This document shows, one piece after another, positions 7,765 through 16,118 of a stretch of 24,893 bases of DNA. The DNA is taken from positions 1 to 24,893 of the IMG/VR virus record IMGVR_UViG_2974665388_000001. One strand, given 5' to 3'. A program made the position numbers and the translations under genes. The notes under the pieces are model-generated. The model made no database searches and was not told the origin of the DNA. It was given only the letters and a program-made list of their open reading frames with translations. How positions within the stretch are numbered: the first letter of the stretch is position 1; each line of letters starts with the position of its first letter. The DNA is from a virus.

Positions 7765-8749
7765 TACTTGGGGGATTTCGTTTAGGAGGGTGGCTTTCCT
7801 CACTGAGATGGGTCTTAGAAGGATTGGCTATGTTTCTAGGGTCTATGAGGTTAGGTCTCCAACGATATTATGGGGGTCTTTTGCGAGGATTATAATCGTG
7901 GGGGATACGGCTCTCCTCCTTAAGATGGGTTCACACGAGGTGTGGGCACCTTATTCAGAGCAGAGGGTTTGGTGGGCAGACACCCCCCTTGAGTATGGCT
8001 CGATTGTTACTAGGAGGATGGTTGATTTTCTCAATGCAAATTATAGGGTTGCAGCGGTAAGCGAGTACAACGCTAGGCAGTATAGGGAGCTGGGTGTTAA
8101 GGTTCACGGACTAATACCGAGGCCTGTTGATATCGGGGCAATAGCTAGGGCTGACAGGACCGTTTGGAGGAGGAAGTTTGGAGGAGAGTATATCTTAACG
8201 ATAGGGAGCGATACGATATTGTTAAGAGACAGATATCCAAGGAAGGGGCTTGACATATGCGATGCTGCCATAGGGCTAATTAAGGGAGAGCTTAAGAAGA
8301 GGGGGATAAGGACGGTTGCAGTTACTAACTGGAACATGATGAACTTCGATTACGTGCTACAGGCTGGTAGTCTATCAGATGAGGAGATATACTCCTTAAT
8401 AGTCGGGGCCAAACTGTTTATCTGGTGTAGCAGAAGAGAAGGATTCGGAATGCCACCCCTTGAGGCTATGGCTGCTGGGGTTCCGATTGTCTACTCGGAC
8501 GCTCCAGCACACAACGAGTTCCTTGTTGGCTATAAGGTGCCTCCAAGAGCTGAGCTCGAAGTAACACATAGGGAATCGGGGCTTCCAATGATTGTTTACG
8601 ACTTCTCAGCTAAACACTTCGCTGATACAATCCTTTATGCTCTAGAGGATATTGAGAATGACATGCATCTTGCCTATGTCGAGGAGGGTCTTGAGAGAGC
8701 GAAATACTTTGACGTTAGAAACGTTGCACAAATGTTAATTGAAATATAG
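7745..8749 (+). CDS. GT-B fold glycosyltransferase, family 4-like
   Basis: RKG motif and EGFGMPPLEAMAAGVP signature; ATG 7745 after SD GGTGGGAGGG (track start 7715). Confidence 0.9.
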   Translation: MIGIIADTWGISFRRVAFLTEMGLRRIGYVSRVYEVRSPTILWGSFARIIIVGDTALLLKMGSHEVWAPYSEQRVWWADTPLEYGSIVTRRMVDFLNANYRVAAVSEYNARQYRELGVKVHGLIPRPVDIGAIARADRTVWRRKFGGEYILTIGSDTILLRDRYPRKGLDICDAAIGLIKGELKKRGIRTVAVTNWNMMNFDYVLQAGSLSDEEIYSLIVGAKLFIWCSRREGFGMPPLEAMAAGVPIVYSDAPAHNEFLVGYKVPPRAELEVTHRESGLPMIVYDFSAKHFADTILYALEDIENDMHLAYVEEGLERAKYFDVRNVAQMLIEI

Positions 8750-8774
8750 GGTATTATGGGGTGTGGGTGGTAGC

Positions 8775-8933
8775 ATGGATGTAGCAGAGGAGATAATAAG
8801 GAGGTTTCTGAACATAGTGATTACTATTGTCGTCTTGACAATGGCTCTCTTCATGTTCCAACCGCTCTTAGAGCGACTGGGGGTTGCTGGAGAGCTAATG
8901 ACAAGGGCAATAGTGTCAGCAGCGACAGGGTAA
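8775..8933 (+). CDS. Small single-TM protein, 52 aa
   Basis: ATG 8775 after GGGTGGT (track start 8739); hydrophobic helix FLNIVITIVVLTMALFMF. Confidence 0.7.
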   Translation: MDVAEEIIRRFLNIVITIVVLTMALFMFQPLLERLGVAGELMTRAIVSAATG

Positions 8934-9059
8934 CGTTATAATTAATGGAGAATGTATTCTTGAGAGGAGGGGGGTGCATGGCATGAATAGTGTTTCTGCT
9001 GATAAGGTGGAGAAAGCAACGAAGGTTCTTCCGGCATCTGAGGAGAGTGCTCCCGGGAG

Positions 9060-9752
9060 GTGAGTGGGATGGGGTGGAAGCAGTACCTTAGCATAACTTT
9101 CCCAGATTGCGATAGCTCGTGGGGTGATTTGCAGCCTATCAGGATAATCTTCCCTGATAGGGAGGTTTGTACTCGTGGAGTCCTTACAGATAGTAGCAAT
9201 GTCTACAGGGAGAGCCCGAAAAACGTAATGTATGGAGCATCGAAAGTGAGGATTAGAGTCAAGTATTATGTCATTTTCGAAGCTGGGCAATACGGGAACG
9301 TTGCAATTTATATTAGTACATGGGAGAACGATACTAGGAAGAAGTTTAATGGGCAGTATGAGCTAGTGGGCATTCTTCACTCACTCGATAGTCCCAGGTC
9401 TTACAACGTTATAGAGGAGAGAGAGGCGGTGTTTGAGTTTGAAGGAGCAACGATGAGGATATATGTTGATGGGCAAGAGCTAGCAAGCTACACTATTGAT
9501 GCTCCGCTCACCCACTTCAGCCTATGTGCTGCTACTAAGGAGCTATACGGCTCTACAGGAAGAGCTGGAGTTGCAATTGAACAAGTTGTTGGAGAATATT
9601 ACGACCAGTTTGAGGATATGATTGCTCAGTTCATGAGCATATTCAACGTAATGATACCGATGATGTTCATAATTATGATGTTGCCTATGGTGATTAGCCT
9701 ATTCAGAGGGATATTTGCAGAGCCTGGGGGTGGTAGGCGTGGCCAGGCTTGA
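9060..9752 (+). CDS. Beta-sandwich (lectin/ConA-like?) ectodomain protein with Met-rich C-terminal TM anchor
   Basis: Alternating beta pattern incl. VFEFEGATMRIYVDGQELASY; C-terminal FMSIFNVMIPMMFIIMMLPMVISLFRG. Confidence 0.65.
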   Translation: MSGMGWKQYLSITFPDCDSSWGDLQPIRIIFPDREVCTRGVLTDSSNVYRESPKNVMYGASKVRIRVKYYVIFEAGQYGNVAIYISTWENDTRKKFNGQYELVGILHSLDSPRSYNVIEEREAVFEFEGATMRIYVDGQELASYTIDAPLTHFSLCAATKELYGSTGRAGVAIEQVVGEYYDQFEDMIAQFMSIFNVMIPMMFIIMMLPMVISLFRGIFAEPGGGRRGQA

Positions 9753-10047
9753 GTCTGCTCTAGAGGTTGCAGCTCCTGCTGCTGCTAGGGCTGCTCGGGG
9801 GGCTGCCGAGTTTGTTGCAGCAGAGGAGTTCCCAAGGCTAGTGAGGAACATTATACTAGTGAGCATGATGGGAGCAATGGGCTATATGATACTGAGAACG
9901 TTCCAGGGGGTATCCCCGGCTGTAAGCGAGTCTATAGAGCAGCTTCAGCCTGTAATAGCTACAACAATAGCTGTCGTTGTTCCTATGATGGTAATAGTCT
10001 TCGTGCTTGCAGTGATTAGAGCTATTGTTAGGATAATTGCGGGGTGA
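9739..10047 (+). CDS. Two-TM membrane protein
   Basis: GTG 9739 after SD GGGGGTGGT (track start 9715); shares the RTFQGV motif with the next ORF. Confidence 0.75.
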   Translation: MARLESALEVAAPAAARAARGAAEFVAAEEFPRLVRNIILVSMMGAMGYMILRTFQGVSPAVSESIEQLQPVIATTIAVVVPMMVIVFVLAVIRAIVRIIAG

Positions 10048-10051
10048 GAAA

Positions 10052-10309
10052 ATGGCATTTATAGCTGGGATAGGGCTTGGAACTCTTTTATCAATACTTG
10101 CAAGGCTAGTCCTGGTAATAGGCGGGGCCATATCGGTATATTACATCTATAGGACGTTTAGCACAACGTTCCAGGGAGTGGAGCAGGCAGCACCAATAGC
10201 TGGGGGGGCTCTAGCAGTTATGGCTGCATTCTTCATGATGTTCCCAATATTCATGATAATGTTCATGATGATGACGCTAATGATAAGTCTGGTGAGGGTG
10301 TTTGACTAA
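10052..10309 (+). CDS. Two-TM Met-rich membrane protein
   Basis: ATG 10052 after SD GGGGTGA (track start 10037); TTFQGV motif. Confidence 0.75.
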   Translation: MAFIAGIGLGTLLSILARLVLVIGGAISVYYIYRTFSTTFQGVEQAAPIAGGALAVMAAFFMMFPIFMIMFMMMTLMISLVRVFD

Positions 10310-10466
10310 TGACAGATTGAAGGAGGCGATATACTGGGTTCACACTATTTTCATGTCATTCTTCACTATGGCGGTAACGACGATGGCAATCGAGAAGACG
10401 CTTGCAATAATAAGGGAGAGAAGGTGGGTGTACACATACGAGCTTTATAATGAAAAAGAGGGATAG
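10302..10466 (+). CDS. 54-aa hydrophobic protein MTNDRLKEAIYWVHTIFMSFFTMAVTTMAIEKTLAIIRERRWVYTYELYNEKEG (not in track)
   Basis: TTG start after SD GGTGAGGGTG, overlaps the previous stop, fills the gap before the protease. Confidence 0.55.
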   Translation: MTNDRLKEAIYWVHTIFMSFFTMAVTTMAIEKTLAIIRERRWVYTYELYNEKEG

Positions 10467-10492
10467 ATTATAGGGACTGAGAGGGGGTAAGG

Positions 10493-11473
10493 ATGCCAAG
10501 AAAAGAGGTTGTAGCACATATCCTGGAGAAGCGGAGGAGCGAGCTCTTATCTAAGCCCAACGTTGTAGGCTATTCTAACGTTATTCAGAAGAGGATTAGG
10601 AGGGGCAGGGTAGTTGATGAGCCCGTTATACGTGTTTACGTGAAGAAGAAGCTCCCGAGGAACCTGCTGCGGCCTCAGGACTTGGTGCCAGAAGAGGTTG
10701 AGGGAATCAGGACGGATGTCGTTGAGATAGGGGAGGTAGAGGCATGGGCTTTACTGCAGCCTAGAGCTGCAGCTTCTCCACTCTATACTGGGAGATACAG
10801 GCCTGTGATAGCTGGGGTTTCGATAGGGCATTATCAGATAACTGCAGGGACCCTTGGATGGTATGTCAAAGCTCCTAATGCAGAGATACTATTTGCTAGT
10901 AATGCTCATGTATTCACACCTAATGCATCAGGGCAGGAGGGGCAGTATGAGGGAGACCCCATCCTCCAGCCTGGACCATACGACGGTGGCAGAAACCCAG
11001 ATGACAAAGTGGCAGAGTATGTTTGGCATAAGAGAGTAGTGCCTGAAGGCGAGGGAGGCATCAATCACATTGACTTTGCGGTTGCAAGACCAGTTGTTGA
11101 CTACCTTGTTAGAAACTATCACGGTACTCAACCCGTTCACGCTATTGGCCTACTATTCGCTGGGAGTAGCTCGATAACAGTTGTCTGCAAATGTAAGCAC
11201 ATCTATAATGAGGGCTATAGGTTCATAGATTTCACGGGAGCTGAGATGAAGTGTGTAGACCCCCTCGATGATGAGGTAACGTTGAGTGCAACGAAGGAGG
11301 GAAGGACAACGGGATATCACGGAAACATTATAACTGACGAGAGTGCTGCTGTCAGGGTTAATTATGGAGGCTTTACAGCGTATTTCGAGGATGTGATATT
11401 CTTTAGAAACCCCTTCGGGCAACCCGGGGACTCGGGTTCATTTGTCTTTATCCCAGATGCATCATTTGACTGA
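10493..11473 (+). CDS. Trypsin-like (PA clan, Nal1-like) serine protease with N-terminal accessory domain
   Basis: GTLG, ASNAHV (His), HIDFAV (Asp), PGDSGS (Ser); KEGRTTG motif. Confidence 0.92.
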   Translation: MPRKEVVAHILEKRRSELLSKPNVVGYSNVIQKRIRRGRVVDEPVIRVYVKKKLPRNLLRPQDLVPEEVEGIRTDVVEIGEVEAWALLQPRAAASPLYTGRYRPVIAGVSIGHYQITAGTLGWYVKAPNAEILFASNAHVFTPNASGQEGQYEGDPILQPGPYDGGRNPDDKVAEYVWHKRVVPEGEGGINHIDFAVARPVVDYLVRNYHGTQPVHAIGLLFAGSSSITVVCKCKHIYNEGYRFIDFTGAEMKCVDPLDDEVTLSATKEGRTTGYHGNIITDESAAVRVNYGGFTAYFEDVIFFRNPFGQPGDSGSFVFIPDASFD

Positions 11474-11478
11474 GTGGG

Positions 11479-11919
11479 GTGAGAGGAGTGGGCTTGCAGC
11501 TTATTGAGCCACAGGATGGCAAGATTAATGCAAACTTTAAGGAGATATTCAACATCATTGTTAGGCCCACAACTAGCTATGATAAGATAGTGCTCCGTGA
11601 TAAGGACAGCAAACGTGTTATCACTGAGACTAGAAACCCCCCGGTAAACGAGGATTTACCTTTCACGGTAGCGGCATGGAATGGTGGTACATGGGAGATA
11701 GTTGGCATAGTAAGTAATAGTGAGACTGATAAGCTGGAGGTTCAGGTTAACGTTAGCAGTCCCTTTCCTCCACCGTCTCCTCCGCCTAGCAATATTAATG
11801 CTCAACTGGCTCTGTCAGTTTACACGATTAGCCAGATAACTATGGTTACTGCATTTGTGCTCGCTCTCACAAGGGTATTACGCTTGATAATGAAGAGGGT
11901 TGTTAGAAAGCTGGGATAA
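11479..11919 (+). CDS. Surface protein: beta domain, Pro-rich linker, C-terminal TM with basic tail
   Basis: SSPFPPPSPPPS linker; ITMVTAFVLALTRVLRLIMKRVVRK. Confidence 0.75.
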   Translation: MRGVGLQLIEPQDGKINANFKEIFNIIVRPTTSYDKIVLRDKDSKRVITETRNPPVNEDLPFTVAAWNGGTWEIVGIVSNSETDKLEVQVNVSSPFPPPSPPPSNINAQLALSVYTISQITMVTAFVLALTRVLRLIMKRVVRKLG

Positions 11920-11929
11920 CCCTTTAAAA
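11918..11929 (+). promoter_or_regulatory. BRE-TATA-like promoter AACCCTTTAAAA
   Basis: Intergenic, about 40 nt upstream of GTG 11966. Confidence 0.55.
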
Positions 11930-11965
11930 CCAAGGATGACAATAGTAGATGGTTGGTGAAGGCGG

Positions 11966-12142
11966 GTGCCTCACCCAAAGAGGGTTGTTGTTGAGGATAA
12001 TCTTAGTGAGTTGCAGAAGGCCATAATGGAGCTGCACTCTCAGGGCTTCAACAGGATAGAGCTTCATTTTCATGGTAGCAAGAGGCACGCTAGGGAGGGC
12101 ATAAAGCCCGATTTCGTGCTTGTCAGGGCTTTCAGAGAGTGA
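11966..12142 (+). CDS. 58-aa protein MPHPKRVVVEDNLSELQKAIMELHSQGFNRIELHFHGSKRHAREGIKPDFVLVRAFRE (not in track)
   Basis: SD GGTGAAGG, upstream TATA, natural composition; explains the - strand ORF 11924-12148 as its shadow. Confidence 0.7.
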   Translation: MPHPKRVVVEDNLSELQKAIMELHSQGFNRIELHFHGSKRHAREGIKPDFVLVRAFRE

Positions 12143-12146
12143 GAAC

Positions 12147-12409
12147 ATGGGGGACCCCTATAAGGTGATGGATGACGAGAAGACTATAGGAGGCTACTTT
12201 GTCAGCGGAAGCAATGTACTATGCAGACATGATAGTAAAGCGTTCAAGCTTCATAGCGATTCTAGCGGAGAAGGCTGGACGCCCCCATTGACACGATGAT
12301 TCGGGAGATAAGGGCAGTAGAGATGCTCGGGAAAGCGATAGCGACGGCAGCAGCAAACGCTGCAAAGAGGCTTGAGGAGCTGAAGCAGGTAAGGGAGGCG
12401 GAAGGGTGA
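12147..12409 (+). pseudogene. Three overlapping short frames (12147-12299, 12199-12291, 12296-12409), possibly one 86-aa gene split by two +1 frameshifts
   Basis: Removing one T at 12198-12200 and one C at 12282-12286 gives a continuous helical ORF; alternatively two coupled small genes (ATGA at 12296-12299). Confidence 0.35.
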
Positions 12410-12412
12410 GGC

Positions 12413-13459
12413 GTGATGGTGAAGACGGTAAAGGTTCCGGATGAGCTCTATGAGAAGCTAAAGGAGATGGCAGACTCCCAGGGCAAGGCAATACATGAGG
12501 TAATCTCAGGCCTCCTGGAGAGGATAGAGGTTGGGGAGGTTCAAATCAAGCTCCCAAAGCCAAAATTCATACCATTGAGGTATCCTGCATATTGTGTGTT
12601 AGGGAACCATAAGATTGACCCTGAGGAATACAGGAAGAATACTGGAAGAATACCATATGCTCTTTGGTTCCCAGAGCTAGGTGGAGTAATATGCATTGAT
12701 TGTTTGATAAAAGAGGTATTCACAAAGGAGGAGCAAGCGAAGGTTTTGACAAAACTTGAAGTAGAGATTAGGAAGCTTAGAGCAATCAAGAGACAGCTTA
12801 ACAAGGAAGTAGAGGAGCTTGCAATGCAGTATAGCGTTGCAGAGATATTTGCAAGGCTAGACTCGATTATTAATGAGATAAACGAAGCACTGAAGCTTGT
12901 AAGGAGCCTCGAAGACTATATTTGGTGTAAGGAGGAGGAGTGTGAGGAGAAGAAGAAGGTTGTTCTTGAGGCTATGGAGAAGATTGATGGCATAAAAGAG
13001 CAACTAGAAAAGCTGGAGCTACCCGAGAGTTGGGCTAAGAAGCTGATAAAGAAGGCTGCTTCAGAGTCATATACATCAACATCATATAGCAGCTACAGGA
13101 GGAGAAGGTGGGGGTCGATGGGATGGAAGCGGTTGAAAGAAAGAGCTATCAAGTCGAGGGTTATCAAAACGACGCATCGCCTTGTAGACGGCTCTTTGAA
13201 AGAGTACCAGCGAATCAACTACTACTTCCAGATGTACTTCTCGATTCCAGAGTGGTGGTTGAAAGAGGAGACGAAGCGTTACGAGATACTGCAAGTAGAG
13301 AAGGCGAGAAGCTTCTTAGTGCTACCCCAGGATATTACTCTGGAGGAGTTGGAGTCGTTGAGGAGAGAGATATCGAGCCTGATAAGAAAGGCGAGGAGAG
13401 GCAAACAGATATTTGCGACCAATGCGAGGAAGCGAAAAGAATCTGCAAGGGGAGGATGA
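12413..13459 (+). CDS. Multidomain protein: N-terminal RHH, C/H-C-x2-C zinc finger, coiled coil, basic C-terminal domain
   Basis: KTVKVPDELYEKLKEMADSQGKAIHEVI (RHH); YCVLGNH...ICIDC; long heptad region. Confidence 0.8.
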   Translation: MMVKTVKVPDELYEKLKEMADSQGKAIHEVISGLLERIEVGEVQIKLPKPKFIPLRYPAYCVLGNHKIDPEEYRKNTGRIPYALWFPELGGVICIDCLIKEVFTKEEQAKVLTKLEVEIRKLRAIKRQLNKEVEELAMQYSVAEIFARLDSIINEINEALKLVRSLEDYIWCKEEECEEKKKVVLEAMEKIDGIKEQLEKLELPESWAKKLIKKAASESYTSTSYSSYRRRRWGSMGWKRLKERAIKSRVIKTTHRLVDGSLKEYQRINYYFQMYFSIPEWWLKEETKRYEILQVEKARSFLVLPQDITLEELESLRREISSLIRKARRGKQIFATNARKRKESARGG

Positions 13460-13519
13460 AGCTAACGAGATTTTGCCTTGATGCTAAGGAGTATTGCATT
13501 GCGGTTGGGTGTGGATGGG

Positions 13520-13741
13520 ATGAAGGTTAGGGACTTCTGGAGGAGATACCTCGAAGCAGACGACGTTGAGAGGCTTGACTTGATTAAGGGGTTGCTAGAG
13601 AGGCATATCCACGCATGCTATACAATATACAAGGATAATAGAGTTCTTGGAGTTCATTGTCTAGTATCAATTGTGAACTCGTTTTTCCTTGATTTGATTA
13701 GGGTGCTCGGGGAGGAGAGAGATGGGCTGCGTGAGGAGTAG
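13520..13741 (+). CDS. Hypothetical protein
   Basis: ATG 13520 after GGTGTGGATGGG (track start 13478). Confidence 0.65.
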   Translation: MKVRDFWRRYLEADDVERLDLIKGLLERHIHACYTIYKDNRVLGVHCLVSIVNSFFLDLIRVLGEERDGLREE

Positions 13742-13940
13742 AGTTCTCTGGGGAGATGTTTATGATAAGCTCTTTCATGTTGTTGAGGAGGCTGCTAGAA
13801 AGGGCAGGGTTGATATCGTTAAAGAGGCAAGGAAGCTGATTAAGGATTTGGAAATGTGGGACCCAAGTGAGGAGGTCTGCTATGACGAATTCTATAGTAG
13901 GATATCACGTCTGAAGGCGATGTTGAGGGTGAGAAAATGA
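13722..13940 (+). CDS. Hypothetical helical protein, 72 aa
   Basis: SD GGAGGAG, ATGA coupling with the next ORF. Confidence 0.7.
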   Translation: MGCVRSRVLWGDVYDKLFHVVEEAARKGRVDIVKEARKLIKDLEMWDPSEEVCYDEFYSRISRLKAMLRVRK

Positions 13941-14125
13941 AAGTATCAACAGTGTTTAGAGTGTTTGTAACTGTCATTGCATTAATCCTATTTGCTTTCA
14001 GCATTCTCTACATCCCACCAGAATTTCTTTCGAATGATATATTTGCTGCAACACTATTTCTTTCGCTCTTCATGCTATTACTAATCGTTGTACTTCTCAT
14101 ATGGACCTCTCCAGCCCTCGATTAG
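13937..14125 (+). CDS. Two-TM small membrane protein
   Basis: Two hydrophobic helices; SD GGGTGAG. Confidence 0.7.
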   Translation: MKVSTVFRVFVTVIALILFAFSILYIPPEFLSNDIFAATLFLSLFMLLLIVVLLIWTSPALD

Positions 14126-14126
14126 G

Positions 14127-14179
14127 GTTTTGGCACATACAGACTAAGTAGTAAGGTTTATTACCCCCCGTGCCAAAAC
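14127..14179. repeat. Perfect 10-bp inverted repeat GTTTTGGCAC-N33-GTGCCAAAAC flanking the recombinase TATA box (TTTATTA 14157-14163)
   Basis: Read directly; the arms are identical to those at 22691-22718. Confidence 0.9.
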
Positions 14180-14201
14180 TGGTAGGGTGGAGGGATGCGG
14201 G

Positions 14202-15413
14202 ATGCCCAGGCCCTCTATCCAGAATGTCCTCGATTTAAGGCGGGATGAGGTCCTTGAGCTCCTTGGTCGAGGCATCCCAGCGGAGGATGTAGCGAAGAAA
14301 TTCGGGGTATCAAGGAGGACGCTATACCGCTGGCTAGAGCGTCAAGGCCTCACTGTTCAGAAAATCAGGGAGGAGTACCAGAAGCTGAAGGAGGAGCGTG
14401 AAAGGCGGAAGAGGGAGAGGCTAGCAGCTATTGGTGAGATACCGGAGGACTTCGAGAAGTTTGTTGAAATCGAGGAGGTAAGAAAGTTCCTTGACTGGCT
14501 CAAAGCAAGGAGGGTAACAACAGCAGTAGACATCGTGAGAACCCTACACAGGGTATGCCTAGACCTTGGTATCCACCCGATGCTACTGCTTGAGGATGAG
14601 GGGAAGGAGAAGCTGACGAGCCTCCTAGCCAAGTACAATGAAATGTATAAGAAGTGGACTGTGGAGAGCATTAAGGCCAATCTCAGGCTGTGGTACAAGT
14701 TCAACGAGAAGATGCCCCCCGCTATATTGAGCCTCGAAGCCTACAAGTCCAACATGGCTCACCTAGCGTGGTTCAACGTTAGCGATAGAGCCGTAATCCT
14801 TGAGACAGCCTTCCGCTTACTCGACAAGGAGCAGTTTGACAAGGTTAGAGCAGCTTTATTGTTCCTATTCTATACTGGGTCGAGGGCTGAAGCCCTGACT
14901 AACGTGAGGTTTGAGGCTCGTGAGGTTCAAGTTGATGGTAAGAGGATTACAGCGATAATAGCAATCACGAGGGAGAAGGGTAGGCACGGGAAAAAGCAGT
15001 GGGAGAAGCCTCTCCATCCAGTCATCTATGAAAAGTACATCAAGGGCAGGCTGCCATTCTCCCAGGCGGAGCTCAAGTGGTTGAGGAGGGTCCTCAAAGC
15101 GATATACAGAGAAGCTCTGAAGGGGCAGGAGAGCAGCGTGAAATATGAGTATGCTATGAAACACGTCATTCATATCTGGAGACACACGGCAGCAATGAGC
15201 ATGTTGCATGCGACGGACTGGAACGTTGGACTTGTTGCTGAGATTCTTGGGTGGGAGAGCCCCGATATTCTCCTCAAAATTTACGGCAGGATGCCTCCAG
15301 AGTGGAAGATTGCCCAGGCGTTGGGTGTAACTGTCGAGAGGCCTCCGTTCAGGTTTGTTTACGGGAATGAAGAAGAGAGGCTCAAGGAGCTTAGAATTCT
15401 GGAGCTCCCTTAA
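14202..15413 (+). CDS. Tyrosine recombinase with N-terminal HTH
   Basis: YTGSRAEAL (R), REKG (K), HIWRH (HxxR), LGW, KIYG (Y); N-terminal HTH GIPAEDVAKKFGVSRRTLYRWL; ATG 14202 after GGAGGG (track start 14187). Confidence 0.92.
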   Translation: MPRPSIQNVLDLRRDEVLELLGRGIPAEDVAKKFGVSRRTLYRWLERQGLTVQKIREEYQKLKEERERRKRERLAAIGEIPEDFEKFVEIEEVRKFLDWLKARRVTTAVDIVRTLHRVCLDLGIHPMLLLEDEGKEKLTSLLAKYNEMYKKWTVESIKANLRLWYKFNEKMPPAILSLEAYKSNMAHLAWFNVSDRAVILETAFRLLDKEQFDKVRAALLFLFYTGSRAEALTNVRFEAREVQVDGKRITAIIAITREKGRHGKKQWEKPLHPVIYEKYIKGRLPFSQAELKWLRRVLKAIYREALKGQESSVKYEYAMKHVIHIWRHTAAMSMLHATDWNVGLVAEILGWESPDILLKIYGRMPPEWKIAQALGVTVERPPFRFVYGNEEERLKELRILELP

Positions 15414-15437
15414 CCTCTTCGTACAGCAAGAAGAGGC

Positions 15438-15451
15438 AAACCCTTTTTATA
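15438..15451 (+). promoter_or_regulatory. BRE-TATA-like promoter AAACCCTTTTTATA
   Basis: Intergenic, about 40 nt upstream of ATG 15488 (SD GGTGAG). Confidence 0.6.
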
Positions 15452-15487
15452 GTTATGCCCCTTCAAGATTTTTAGTGGTGAGACCAT

Positions 15488-15709
15488 ATGGAGCTTGTTG
15501 ATGAAATCAGATGGTTGAGGGAGGCTTTGCAGGACCTCGAAGACAGGGTTATTAATTGGGTGTCAAGACCCAGGGTTTACACGAGTCTCAGGGAAGCGTT
15601 TGAGCACACTGCAACCGATATTATGCTTGCTAGGACGCTTTTGGATATAGCAGCTTACAGGGAGGAGCTAGCACGGATAGAGAGGGTGGTGAAGGATGCA
15701 TGGGGTTGA
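15488..15709 (+). CDS. Hypothetical helical protein, 73 aa
   Basis: Promoter and SD upstream. Confidence 0.75.
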   Translation: MELVDEIRWLREALQDLEDRVINWVSRPRVYTSLREAFEHTATDIMLARTLLDIAAYREELARIERVVKDAWG

Positions 15710-16100
15710 TGTTGAGAAGAGGATTTCCGAGCTGCTTGACGAATTTCAGCTATTCACCCCTCCTTTCCAGCAGCATATAATCAGCATCGAGGAGATTCTC
15801 CCTAAAACACCAATCTGTGTGATGCCAGAAGATATGAGAAGGATAGTTGCGAGTGCAAGGCTTGGAGATAGGAACATTGTTCTCTCTACACGGAGAAGGA
15901 TTAAGTTTGACACGACTATAACAGCAAAGGTTGACCCAGCAGCAAAGGCCTTCCTCGATGAAATGATTTCGCTCGGGATATTCGAGAATAAGAGCGAGGC
16001 GATAAGGGTTGCAATTTACCTCCTAAGGGAGGTGTTTGAGAAGGCGATACAGCAGAAGAGGGCTGAGCTAGACAATTTTAATAATGAAGGGAGAATATGA
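15696..16100 (+). CDS. Protein with C-terminal RHH (CopG/MetJ-like) domain
   Basis: TITAKVDPAAKAFLDEMISLGIFENKSEAIRVAI. Confidence 0.8.
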   Translation: MHGVDVEKRISELLDEFQLFTPPFQQHIISIEEILPKTPICVMPEDMRRIVASARLGDRNIVLSTRRRIKFDTTITAKVDPAAKAFLDEMISLGIFENKSEAIRVAIYLLREVFEKAIQQKRAELDNFNNEGRI

Positions 16101-16118
16101 GGAATGGTGGTGAGGGTT

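Noticed and set aside
8983-9063. 26-codon ORF with GTGA coupling to 9060
   Set aside because: Too short and featureless to support, though it cannot be excluded.
9060-9752. Glycoside hydrolase call
   Set aside because: The beta-sandwich pattern is visible, but I cannot identify a catalytic motif.
10854-11039. 61-aa + strand ORF
   Set aside because: Nested out of frame within the protease catalytic region.
11924-12148. 74-aa - strand ORF in an apparent gap
   Set aside because: The gap is better explained by the + strand ORF 11966-12142, which has a TATA box and SD.
13108-13530. 140-aa overlapping + strand ORF as an independent gene
   Set aside because: It lies almost wholly inside the 12413 gene and has no recognisable motif; kept only as a note in a finding.
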